Part shown: positions 1-8,058 of the stretch, one piece after another
Layout: every line of letters begins with the position of its first letter
Numbering within the stretch: the first letter of the stretch is position 1
Source: a virus
Taxonomy: Duplodnaviria > Caudoviricetes
Virus record (IMG/VR): IMGVR_UViG_3300021085_000089
Coordinates: 1 to 36,787 of that record
Strand: one strand, 5' to 3'
Length of the DNA stretch: 36,787 nucleotides
Notes under the pieces: generated by a model
What the model was told of the DNA's origin: nothing
The model's database searches: none
What the model saw: the letters and a program-made list of their open reading frames with translations, nothing else
Translations under genes and position numbers: made by a program

Positions 1-35
1 AGTTTTTGTTAGAAGTGTTTTTTTTATAATTAAAC

Positions 36-400
36 GTTATCATGAAAGTTAAGCCATAATTCACCTGTTGCCAGGTGAAAAAAATAGATGTCATCATGAT
101 GAGCATCGCCATCTCTAACTCGGGTGCTACTAGGAAGCAGTGAGCTTTCTCTCCCCATACACTACCGTCACGAATCTCACGGAAGCCTGTATAACGTTGT
201 AGAGTTCTGTTATACGAACTTGTAAGTTGCTTTTTCTCAGAGCTTACATTCTTTTAATACTGTTTGTCGTTTGTTTGTATCTTTGCCGCTATACATCTCC
301 AATCTCGCACCGGGTGTTTCCATTGCCGGATTGTCGAGGAGCCAGATATTCGTAGCCTCTGTCGGGGCGGGTGTATAGTCCTATGTAGGGTTCTGTGTTA
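36..400 (-). ncRNA. Candidate structured non-coding RNA (family unassigned) downstream of the GIY-YIG gene; boundaries approximate
   Basis: No ORF in the track. About 46% GC over 61-390 by hand count, clearly above the AT-rich flanks. Many inverted repeats: 60-67/72-79 (GCAA loop on minus), 86-90/110-114, 165-168/179-182, 189-195/209-215, 221-226/243-248, 289-295/372-378, 304-307/335-338, 310-313/326-329 (inner GAAA loop on minus). Confidence 0.6.
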
Positions 401-441
401 GTTTGACGTTGTGTCTAATGTGTGCCTTGTTCGATATATAG

Positions 442-867
442 TTATATCTTTTGTAAAAATTCTCGTAGGATTTTTGAACCACCTATCCGTACGTTTATAA
501 TTCCGTTATAATATTCATCTGATTCGAGTACTCGTCGATCAAATTGTTCTTTGGCCTCTAGGTAGCCTGCAGAACCTCGACTAGGACAAAAGTATAAAAT
601 TTCTCTAATAAAACTGTCTTCACCTAGTAGTTCTACATCTTCTTTTAAATGATCTGAGCTCCCCCAATAAGTACGCCAGTCACTTTCTTTAGTACCACGA
701 CGTTTGTTCTTCTTTCCTTTTAAGGGAGGTTTGGTCGTCTTGAATTTGGCAAGTTTTTTACCAACATATTTTTTATCATTTGTTGTGTTTGTAATTAGAT
801 ATACAAATGCTTCACAATCTTCCGGAAGTGCGTCTACTTTTTTACCTTTAAATGTCCATTCGCTCAT
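442..867 (-). CDS. GIY-YIG endonuclease (SegE-like, single domain, 141 aa)
   Basis: N-terminal AFVYLITN...KKYVGKK (GIY-YIG variant), YWGSS motif, conserved Glu (YLEAKEQ) and YYN near the C-terminus; start overlaps the gp46 stop (TAATG). Confidence 0.85.
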   Translation of the reverse strand: MSEWTFKGKKVDALPEDCEAFVYLITNTTNDKKYVGKKLAKFKTTKPPLKGKKNKRRGTKESDWRTYWGSSDHLKEDVELLGEDSFIREILYFCPSRGSAGYLEAKEQFDRRVLESDEYYNGIINVRIGGSKILREFLQKI

Positions 868-2639
868 TAAGTCTCTTCGAGGATTTCAATATCGTTACTG
901 TAACTAGTGAATCCTCCTTCTTTGATTACATACAGGACGTTATTTACACGACCTTGCAATTCTTCCTTGTGTGATATAAGGAAAACGTTCTTGTTTGCCT
1001 CTCTACCCATTTTCTTAAGAACTGCTAATGCATTTTCAACACCTGTAGTATCCATTCCGGAGTCAACTAGTTCGTCGATACACATCAAATTCATTGGTCT
1101 ATTTAAACTTTCGTAGATGTCTCTAAATGCCCAACTCATACCTAGTATAAGTCTGTTACGTTCACCTCTACTTAAATTATCAAAGTCTAAGTCTCTGCCG
1201 TACTCTGTAATTTCTACACTTAGATCACTGCTAAACTTAACATCATGTGGTAAGCCAAGTTTGTCTAAATAATGACCTAGTCTGTAGTTTAGATATTGCA
1301 AGTTTTGATCAATAATTTTCTTACGAATAAAACTATCTTTACTGGTCAATAACTTATGTAAAAACTCTTGATGCTCTTTTAAATATGTTTGTTCGTTTAT
1401 TAAGTCGTAACTAATTTCTTCCATACCATTTACTTTTAGTTGTTCAACTTGTTCAGTGTATGGATTTTGTTCTTTAATCTTCTCTTCTATTTGTTCTTTT
1501 AGTGTAGTAACATTGTGCATGTGTCCCAATGCATCTTCCATGTTGTTATAAAATGTAATAGGTGTTTCAGGTAACTCGCCTAGGTCAATCAATTGCTTTT
1601 CACATGTTGACAGTTTAGTCTTTAATTCTTCGCTGTAAGATTTTTCTTCTGCTAATTTAGTTTCTAGATCTTTTGTGTATTCTTCATGCGTATCTAAATG
1701 TGCTGTACTTTGTTCACACGCAGGGCATATACCTTCATTAGCAAGTTTAATATTTTTAACAAGTGTTGCAAGGTTACCGTCATTACGTTTTAAACTGGTT
1801 GTAAGTTGCTTAACCTCATTTTGTACACTTTGTATTTGTGTATACTTTTGATTTATTTCTGTTGCTTGTCTATGATTTTCTAACTCTGCATCAATATCAG
1901 TTTGTTGTAATGCATCTAAACTAGTTTGTAATTGATGTACTTTGTCTTCTTTATTTTTAGCCCATGCTCTACCACGTAATTCGATTTCTTGTATATTTTT
2001 ACCAATACGTTCGTTAGCATTGTTTACTGCGGTTATTCGTTGTTCTTCTTCTTTAATTTTATCGCGAGTTTCTTTTAACTTTTCTTTTAGTACTTCTGCT
2101 TTTGAACTAATCTCTGTAATACCTAACAACTGCTCAATCATATCTCGTTGATCATTTGTTTTCATACTGAGGAAAGGTTCAGTATATGTGTTTAATGCAA
2201 TCAAATGCTTAAACATATTATGTGGGAAACCAATTATCTTTTCAATATCTTTTTGTGTTTCTCTACTATCGCCCTGTTGCTCATCATCAGCCGCCTCAGA
2301 TCCATTTACAAAAAACTTCAATACATTTGGCCTACGCCCTCTTTCGATTCGATATTCAATTCCGTTGATTTCAAAATCAACAGTAACAATCATGCCTTTG
2401 GCGTTTGTTTTGTTTATGAGATTATCTTTACGAATGTTTGTTAGTGCATCGCCATACAATGCATAACTGAGTGCATTGATAATAGTAGTTTTGCCAGTAC
2501 CATTTCTACTGCCGTCACCACCTAAATCTAAGTTGTGCCCTAGTACTAATGTTAGTGATTCTGTGTCAAAGTTTACTGCTTGAGTATTGTTACCAATACT
2601 CATAAAGTTCTTTGCACTTACATTTTTAATCGTGAGCAT
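867..2639 (-). CDS. gp46: T4 gp46-like recombination endonuclease ATPase subunit (SbcC/Rad50)
   Basis: KNFMSIG start, Walker A NGTGKTT, coiled coil with CPAC zinc hook, signature LSRGE, Walker B CIDE, H-loop ISH; adjacent to gp47. Confidence 0.95.
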   Translation of the reverse strand: MLTIKNVSAKNFMSIGNNTQAVNFDTESLTLVLGHNLDLGGDGSRNGTGKTTIINALSYALYGDALTNIRKDNLINKTNAKGMIVTVDFEINGIEYRIERGRRPNVLKFFVNGSEAADDEQQGDSRETQKDIEKIIGFPHNMFKHLIALNTYTEPFLSMKTNDQRDMIEQLLGITEISSKAEVLKEKLKETRDKIKEEEQRITAVNNANERIGKNIQEIELRGRAWAKNKEDKVHQLQTSLDALQQTDIDAELENHRQATEINQKYTQIQSVQNEVKQLTTSLKRNDGNLATLVKNIKLANEGICPACEQSTAHLDTHEEYTKDLETKLAEEKSYSEELKTKLSTCEKQLIDLGELPETPITFYNNMEDALGHMHNVTTLKEQIEEKIKEQNPYTEQVEQLKVNGMEEISYDLINEQTYLKEHQEFLHKLLTSKDSFIRKKIIDQNLQYLNYRLGHYLDKLGLPHDVKFSSDLSVEITEYGRDLDFDNLSRGERNRLILGMSWAFRDIYESLNRPMNLMCIDELVDSGMDTTGVENALAVLKKMGREANKNVFLISHKEELQGRVNNVLYVIKEGGFTSYSNDIEILEET

Positions 2640-3655
2640 TATACTTCTATCTCTCTGTAAATACTAATAAGTTTTTGTGTGTCAACTAAGTTACTTTCGA
2701 TTGTTTCTAATTGTTGTATAACGATTTGATCTACACTTTCAAACTGTATATCAACACCGTCAAAAATTTCTTCTTCTTCCTTAATAGGTAAAAGTTGTAA
2801 TTCTCTTACTTTATATTTTTCAGCAAATGTCTCTCTAATAAAATTTGCTTCTTCATATGAAATATTCACATCTAACTTTACTCTAGCATGTGTTTGTGCA
2901 TCAAGTATATCATCTGCTCTATCAAGTAATTCTTTAAGTCCAGTCATTACATACTTTGGACATTCTGCCCAATTTACATATTGAGGTTCACCATCCCAAT
3001 CTAAAAACATAGCACCACGTTCCCAATCACCTGCATCAGCATAATTATGTGGGAAAGCATTACCTATGTAATGTATATTATTCTTGTATTGACGTTTGTG
3101 GAAATGTCCACTAAACACATACTCTGGGTTTGATAAATCGTTTGCTGTAATACCACCGTGGTCTGGCATCTCTACCATTGCATTCATTTTAAAGTAAGGT
3201 AACTCAAAATGACCAAACATATATTTACAATCTAGTTTGTTTAATTTTTTGTGTTCGTCCCCAACTAACCATGGTATAATTGCAACACCATCTTGACAAA
3301 AGTGTTCATCAACCATGACAAAGTTAGGTAAGTCTCTTGCAAACTCAATGCTGTTTAGATCACGTTTTTCTCTGTAATATAAATCATGGTTGCCTGTTAT
3401 AAAGTAGACTGTTTCAAAATTATCATTTAATTTTTTAAGGTCTTTAATAGTTGCATTCATAGTAGCAATGTTTATACTTGCTCTGTGATGATGCCAGTCA
3501 CCTAAAAATATACATGTTTCTGCATTTCTGGCTTTTGCTTCTGCAATAAACCAGTCTACAAAGTCATGACAATCTTTTAAATGTTGTCTACTGTTTTGTT
3601 TTAAGCCGTAATGTATATCTGTAAAACATGCGGCCCTTTCAAAAAGGTTTGCCAT
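2639..3655 (-). CDS. gp47: T4 gp47-like recombination endonuclease subunit (SbcD/Mre11 metallophosphoesterase)
   Basis: Phosphoesterase motifs TDIH, LGDWHH, TGNHD, FGHF, SGHFH; 55-47-46 gene order as in T4-like phages. Confidence 0.95.
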   Translation of the reverse strand: MANLFERAACFTDIHYGLKQNSRQHLKDCHDFVDWFIAEAKARNAETCIFLGDWHHHRASINIATMNATIKDLKKLNDNFETVYFITGNHDLYYREKRDLNSIEFARDLPNFVMVDEHFCQDGVAIIPWLVGDEHKKLNKLDCKYMFGHFELPYFKMNAMVEMPDHGGITANDLSNPEYVFSGHFHKRQYKNNIHYIGNAFPHNYADAGDWERGAMFLDWDGEPQYVNWAECPKYVMTGLKELLDRADDILDAQTHARVKLDVNISYEEANFIRETFAEKYKVRELQLLPIKEEEEIFDGVDIQFESVDQIVIQQLETIESNLVDTQKLISIYREIEV

Positions 3656-3661
3656 ATAGGA

Positions 3662-4528
3662 TTACTCTTGTGGTGAATTTTCTAATTCTGTTTGTGCATC
3701 TGCTCTAGCGGCCTTCATTTCATTTTCATATTGAATTTGTCTGCCGTAACTAGGTAAGTGCCCACTTTCAATAAGAATATCATCACGTATTGATTGATTT
3801 CTTTTTTCTAAATTTAGAACTCTTGTAAAACTATTATTCACCGTTGCAGTATAATATGCAAACGGATTATCTGATTTTGCTTCATTAAACTGCAATCCAA
3901 CTTGTGCAAGTTGTACTAATGCTTGTCCACGCATCTCGTCTACATAAGTGTAACCTCTCCAGTTACCTCTTTGACTGTAACGCTCAACAAGTTTCATAAA
4001 CATTCTGCCAAGTTCATTTGTAATCTGTCCATGTTCACAATCAAACTGACCATTACTTAAACTACCTTGCCAATGACTTCTAGCAACTTCTCTAGGATTG
4101 ATACCATTGCTATCAAGTATATAATGCTTGAATGGTGGAAAGTTTACTTTTGCTTTTGTGTCTGCAAGTGTTTTGCATGTTTTCTTTCTACCTGGTTCAT
4201 CTGGGATATGCTCAAATGTCATAACTCTAAATACTAACTCATCTACCGGAATAGAGAGAGGGTCTACTGCAAAGTCTTTTTGTTTAGGTTTCTTATCCCA
4301 GTCTCCTTTTGCTACTGCGGCTTGATAAGCAGTCGATTGCAATTTAGAAACACGGTTTAATTGTGCCTGTTTAATTGTTTCTTTGTTGATTTTTTTAACA
4401 TCATCAACAATGATGTCTACCATCAAGTATCTTTCATCTTGAATGTAGCAATAAGTCATCTTACTCTTATGTATTTCTTTTAGTAGATCCTTATTGTTTA
4501 AGTAATTCTGTTTCTTAGCCTGTACCAT
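3662..4528 (-). CDS. gp55: T4 gp55-like sigma factor for late transcription, with a large insertion
   Basis: NYLNNKDLL N-terminus, YSQRGNWRGYTYVDEM and FNEAKSDNPFAYYT match gp55 motifs; RBS AAAGGAG at 4534-4540; upstream of gp47. Confidence 0.9.
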   Translation of the reverse strand: MVQAKKQNYLNNKDLLKEIHKSKMTYCYIQDERYLMVDIIVDDVKKINKETIKQAQLNRVSKLQSTAYQAAVAKGDWDKKPKQKDFAVDPLSIPVDELVFRVMTFEHIPDEPGRKKTCKTLADTKAKVNFPPFKHYILDSNGINPREVARSHWQGSLSNGQFDCEHGQITNELGRMFMKLVERYSQRGNWRGYTYVDEMRGQALVQLAQVGLQFNEAKSDNPFAYYTATVNNSFTRVLNLEKRNQSIRDDILIESGHLPSYGRQIQYENEMKAARADAQTELENSPQE

Positions 4529-4551
4529 GTAATCTCCTTTACTGATAACGC

Positions 4552-4580
4552 ATTATAATACATTATTTTGCAAAAGTCAA
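4552..4580 (-). promoter_or_regulatory. Sigma70-type early promoter for the gp55-47-46-GIY-YIG operon
   Basis: Minus strand TTGACT (4580-4575), 17 nt, TATAAT (4557-4552), with an A-tract just upstream that could act as an UP element. Confidence 0.85.
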
Positions 4581-4595
4581 CGTTTTTTTTTAAAA

Positions 4596-4627
4596 TTAAA
4601 ACTCGTTATTATTTATCGTGATAAATA
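4596..4627 (+). promoter_or_regulatory. Late promoter GATAAATA (4620-4627) with upstream dyad TTAAAAC-TC-GTTATTA (4596-4611)
   Basis: One mismatch from the T4 late box TATAAATA; precedes RBS AGGAG and the first tail gene; same architecture recurs at 10772 and 32713. Confidence 0.75.
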
Positions 4628-4643
4628 TAACGCAGGAGCAATT

Positions 4644-5375
4644 ATGGCAGACGAAACAAATTTTAATCAAGAGGCACAAACACCAACAAATGCGTTTGAC
4701 TCATTGATAAGCAGAACAGACTCTACAACATTTAATGATGTTGATTGGAGGGCAAGAATACGGCCAAAACGTGGCGGTGAGAAGTTTGCCTATGGATTAG
4801 TAGACTCAAAAGGTGAAGAACAAAAAGACAGTATACTCAAACCTTTACAAGATAGAGGTGGTATAGTTTACCCGTTTACACCAGACATATTTTTGCAAGC
4901 CTCAGTAGATTATAACGAAGCACAACAACACGGCTCAAATTATCCGTTTTATACATTTATTAGTTCTAGACCTACTACACTACCTATCACAGGTACGTTT
5001 ACAGCAAACACAGTAGAGGAAGGACAGTATATGTTAGCAGTATTTCATTTTTTAAGAAGTGTTACTAAAGCATATTATGGTGACGCGGCTGTAACAGGTG
5101 GGTATTACGGAACTCCACCACCAGTATTACTATTTGAATATCTAGGTGAATTTGGATTTAACAAACTGCCAGTAATTATTAGGAACTATAACTTCCAATT
5201 ACCTGCAGATGTTGATTACGTTCCAGTAAAATTTAAAGGCACAACTACAATGATGCCAACTGAAACAAGTGTTATGATCGAATTAGCACCACAGTACACA
5301 TACAGAAAAACAAGAAAAAGATTTGATCTTAATGCATTTACAAGTGGCAAGCAGTACAATCAAGGATTTATTTAA
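4644..5375 (+). CDS. Baseplate tail-tube initiator/cap-like protein (T4 gp48/gp54-like)
   Basis: Tube-fold-like pattern (IVYPFTP, ITGTFTA, PPPVLLFEYLG...PVIIRNYNFQLPADVDY); position before gp53, hub and gp5; RBS AGGAG. Confidence 0.6.
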   Translation: MADETNFNQEAQTPTNAFDSLISRTDSTTFNDVDWRARIRPKRGGEKFAYGLVDSKGEEQKDSILKPLQDRGGIVYPFTPDIFLQASVDYNEAQQHGSNYPFYTFISSRPTTLPITGTFTANTVEEGQYMLAVFHFLRSVTKAYYGDAAVTGGYYGTPPPVLLFEYLGEFGFNKLPVIIRNYNFQLPADVDYVPVKFKGTTTMMPTETSVMIELAPQYTYRKTRKRFDLNAFTSGKQYNQGFI

Positions 5376-5671
5376 TGGCAAGTTTTCATAGCAATCAAAG
5401 TTTTTTAAAAAAAGCAGATGTAAATAAGTTTTACTTAGGTATGAACAACTTACCTAAGATTCCTAAAAGTACCGCTGATCGACTCTATGCAATAGAATCT
5501 CGATATGAGAATAGACCGGATTTATTAGCACATGAATTATATGGAACTGTAAAGTTGTGGTGGGTTTTTGCACTAAGAAATCCAGATGTAATTATTGACC
5601 CTTTGACAGATTTTACATCCGGTAAAAAAATTCATATCCCTCCAAGAGAAACTATTGATAGAGTATTGTAA
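5375..5671 (+). CDS. gp53: Baseplate wedge protein gp53-like (LysM-like)
   Basis: RPDLLAHELYGTVKLWWVFALRN motif typical of gp53/LysM baseplate proteins; TAATG coupling on both sides. Confidence 0.8.
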   Translation: MASFHSNQSFLKKADVNKFYLGMNNLPKIPKSTADRLYAIESRYENRPDLLAHELYGTVKLWWVFALRNPDVIIDPLTDFTSGKKIHIPPRETIDRVL

Positions 5672-8058
5672 TGACAGATAAAAATCCTAAGCAATCTGAA
5701 GCAGAAAAAGAAGATAGATATCTTGGCAGAGTCCAAGGTAATATTCTAGATGCTTACCAAAATTCTACTTACACATTAAAACTTTATATGATCCCTGACC
5801 TTACGTCAGATGGAGGTGGTTATCTTAAAAAAGCAAAATCAGCCGAACCTCAAAATACAGTTATTGTTGCACAGACTAGTGTAACAGGTGTACAAATTGA
5901 TGACTTATCAATTGACATTAAAAAAGGAGCCAGTGGTGCTTTTGCCACATCGGCACAGTTTACACTAATACAACCAGGAGCCGCAGATTTATTAGATCAA
6001 ATACAGGCCGCTAAAAAACATTTAGGAATACAAGCAGGTGTTTTTGCACCTGTACCGTTATTTTTAGAAATAAATTTTAAGGGTTATAAAGAAGATCTAG
6101 ATGATTTAGAAGGTGGTGGTGAAATAGAAACACAGATAGCAGGTCCATACATTTACGAATGTCATATTGCTACAGTAGATGTTTCTATCACAGATGCAGG
6201 AAGTACATATGACTTTTTTGTAACTATTGGTGACGACGAATCATGGACCGACAAGTATTATACATTACCTGCTGATACATCATTTACAGGTGATACCATT
6301 ACAGAGTGTTTTGAGAGTCTAACAGAAGCAATTGAAAACTATACAAAGAATAATAAAAAAGAAGAACTTATCAGCGATGAAATTATTTTTGATTTAAGTC
6401 AACTAAAAGAAGTTTTAGGTGATGACAGTATAAAGTATAGTAATTACAAAGATGCCGAACAATTAAACAGATTGATGAATGCAGAATCATATGGTATAAA
6501 ATCACGTGAAGAATTTGAAAAGATGTTAGAAGACTCACCAGAAAGTTTAGATGGCGGCATAGAAGCCACTGGAGGTTTTTGGAGAAGAGATAGAATACAA
6601 GTACCAGAAGGAACAAACTTCCACAGAATATTATCAACTATGCTAGTAATGAATGAAGCATTCTTAGATAAGTCATCAAGAAAAAAAGGTGGGTTAGATA
6701 ATCCTATCATTGACGAGCATGGATTAGATTTAAATCAAACATTTACATATTGGTATAAAATGACTGCTGATATGGAATATATAGAAAACGGCTATGACGC
6801 AAGACGTAATGCTTATGCTCGAAGAGTTACATACAAGCCTATAATATATAAGACAGCAGACCAAGACAACAATTTATCGCAAAGCGAATTTAAACTGTCT
6901 AAAGAAAACGTTACAAAACGTGTAAACGAATTACTAATTAAAAAAGCATATCATTATTTGTATACTGGACTAAATGATCAAATCCTAAGTGCAGACATAT
7001 CTTACAAAGCAGGTCAAGTATTATTGGCCGCACCAGGTGGAGGTTATCTAGGTGATGCTTCATCAAGTCCAAATGCACCTGGCAGTCCTTCAACAGATGG
7101 TGACAATGAAGGAAAAGAAAGATCAGCAAAAACAGATGCGGCTGTAGAAGATCCTACACAAATTGCTAAAAAATTAAAAGACGATGATCAATATTTTGAT
7201 AAAATTGCTGACAGATTAAATCTAACAGATGATGAAAGAAAGAAACTAAGAAAAGACAAAGAACAAAGAAATAGATTAGCTCAAACTATAAACTATTTGC
7301 AAAGTGGTGGACAGAACCCTACAGACTATTATCAAACAGCGGCTTCTGATAACAATAAAGATACTACACCCACAAATGATTTTGATGGAACATATAAACC
7401 AGAGCCAAGTGGATTTATTTATAGTGCTGAACTAATGCACGATGCAGGTGGTAGCCCAACTGTTATTGGCGAACTAACAGATCAACAAGTTACTAACTCA
7501 CTAGCAAATGCTCTCAAAGGTGAAGAAGCAGATGTAGGTCCTTTACCTGGTATGGTGTATGACCACAATGTTATTGTAAACAATTCAAACACTAGTGATG
7601 GTGGTGCTAAAGGCACATTATTTGGGTATATGTATCAAAACGTAAACGACGCAAGTATATTAGTAGACCTCGGTTTAAAAGTAAGAGGAGATCCTTGGTA
7701 CTTAGGACCACCGGAAATAGAACCAAAAGCACCTAAACAAGTTAAGAAGGCAAATGAGGAAGAAGAAGATTCCACAGATCAGTACATAGTATACAATAGA
7801 AGTGATAACTACTTTTTATTCACAATGCAAACACCACGTGTTAGAGACCCTAACGTCGATGATGAAGATGAAAATAGCGGTTACATGAGTCAGCAAGGCA
7901 CAGCATTCTTTTTAAGTGGTGTGTACCAAATATTTGGTATAACCGCAAACTTTAGTGGTGGCATGTTTGAAATAGAAACTAATGCTAAAAAACAAACGGC
8001 ATTGAGTTTAGCAAAACTTGATATGACACAGAATTCATATGACGGAGCAGATGACTAA
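5671..8058 (+). CDS. Probable baseplate hub protein (gp27/gpD-like), 795 aa
   Basis: Lies between gp53 and gp5; C-terminal LKVRGDPWYL and SGVYQI...FSGGMF pattern is hub-like; acidic insertions. Confidence 0.55.
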   Translation: MTDKNPKQSEAEKEDRYLGRVQGNILDAYQNSTYTLKLYMIPDLTSDGGGYLKKAKSAEPQNTVIVAQTSVTGVQIDDLSIDIKKGASGAFATSAQFTLIQPGAADLLDQIQAAKKHLGIQAGVFAPVPLFLEINFKGYKEDLDDLEGGGEIETQIAGPYIYECHIATVDVSITDAGSTYDFFVTIGDDESWTDKYYTLPADTSFTGDTITECFESLTEAIENYTKNNKKEELISDEIIFDLSQLKEVLGDDSIKYSNYKDAEQLNRLMNAESYGIKSREEFEKMLEDSPESLDGGIEATGGFWRRDRIQVPEGTNFHRILSTMLVMNEAFLDKSSRKKGGLDNPIIDEHGLDLNQTFTYWYKMTADMEYIENGYDARRNAYARRVTYKPIIYKTADQDNNLSQSEFKLSKENVTKRVNELLIKKAYHYLYTGLNDQILSADISYKAGQVLLAAPGGGYLGDASSSPNAPGSPSTDGDNEGKERSAKTDAAVEDPTQIAKKLKDDDQYFDKIADRLNLTDDERKKLRKDKEQRNRLAQTINYLQSGGQNPTDYYQTAASDNNKDTTPTNDFDGTYKPEPSGFIYSAELMHDAGGSPTVIGELTDQQVTNSLANALKGEEADVGPLPGMVYDHNVIVNNSNTSDGGAKGTLFGYMYQNVNDASILVDLGLKVRGDPWYLGPPEIEPKAPKQVKKANEEEEDSTDQYIVYNRSDNYFLFTMQTPRVRDPNVDDEDENSGYMSQQGTAFFLSGVYQIFGITANFSGGMFEIETNAKKQTALSLAKLDMTQNSYDGADD

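Noticed and set aside
60-85. Hairpin TTCACCTG-TTGC-CAGGTGAA as an intrinsic terminator
   Set aside because: On the minus strand the U run lies 5' of the stem, and on the plus strand the stem is followed by As; neither orientation fits, so it is treated as part of the structured element.
285-385. Group I intron core (GTGTATAGTCC at 371-381 resembles the S element)
   Set aside because: No matching GACUA R element upstream on the same strand, no recognisable P/Q elements, and no interrupted gene visible.
1-441. tRNA, tmRNA, RNase P RNA or hammerhead ribozyme
   Set aside because: No T-arm GTTCRA cloverleaf with acceptor stem, no GAGGAAAGUCC motif, and no CUGANGA/GAAA core found on either strand by eye.
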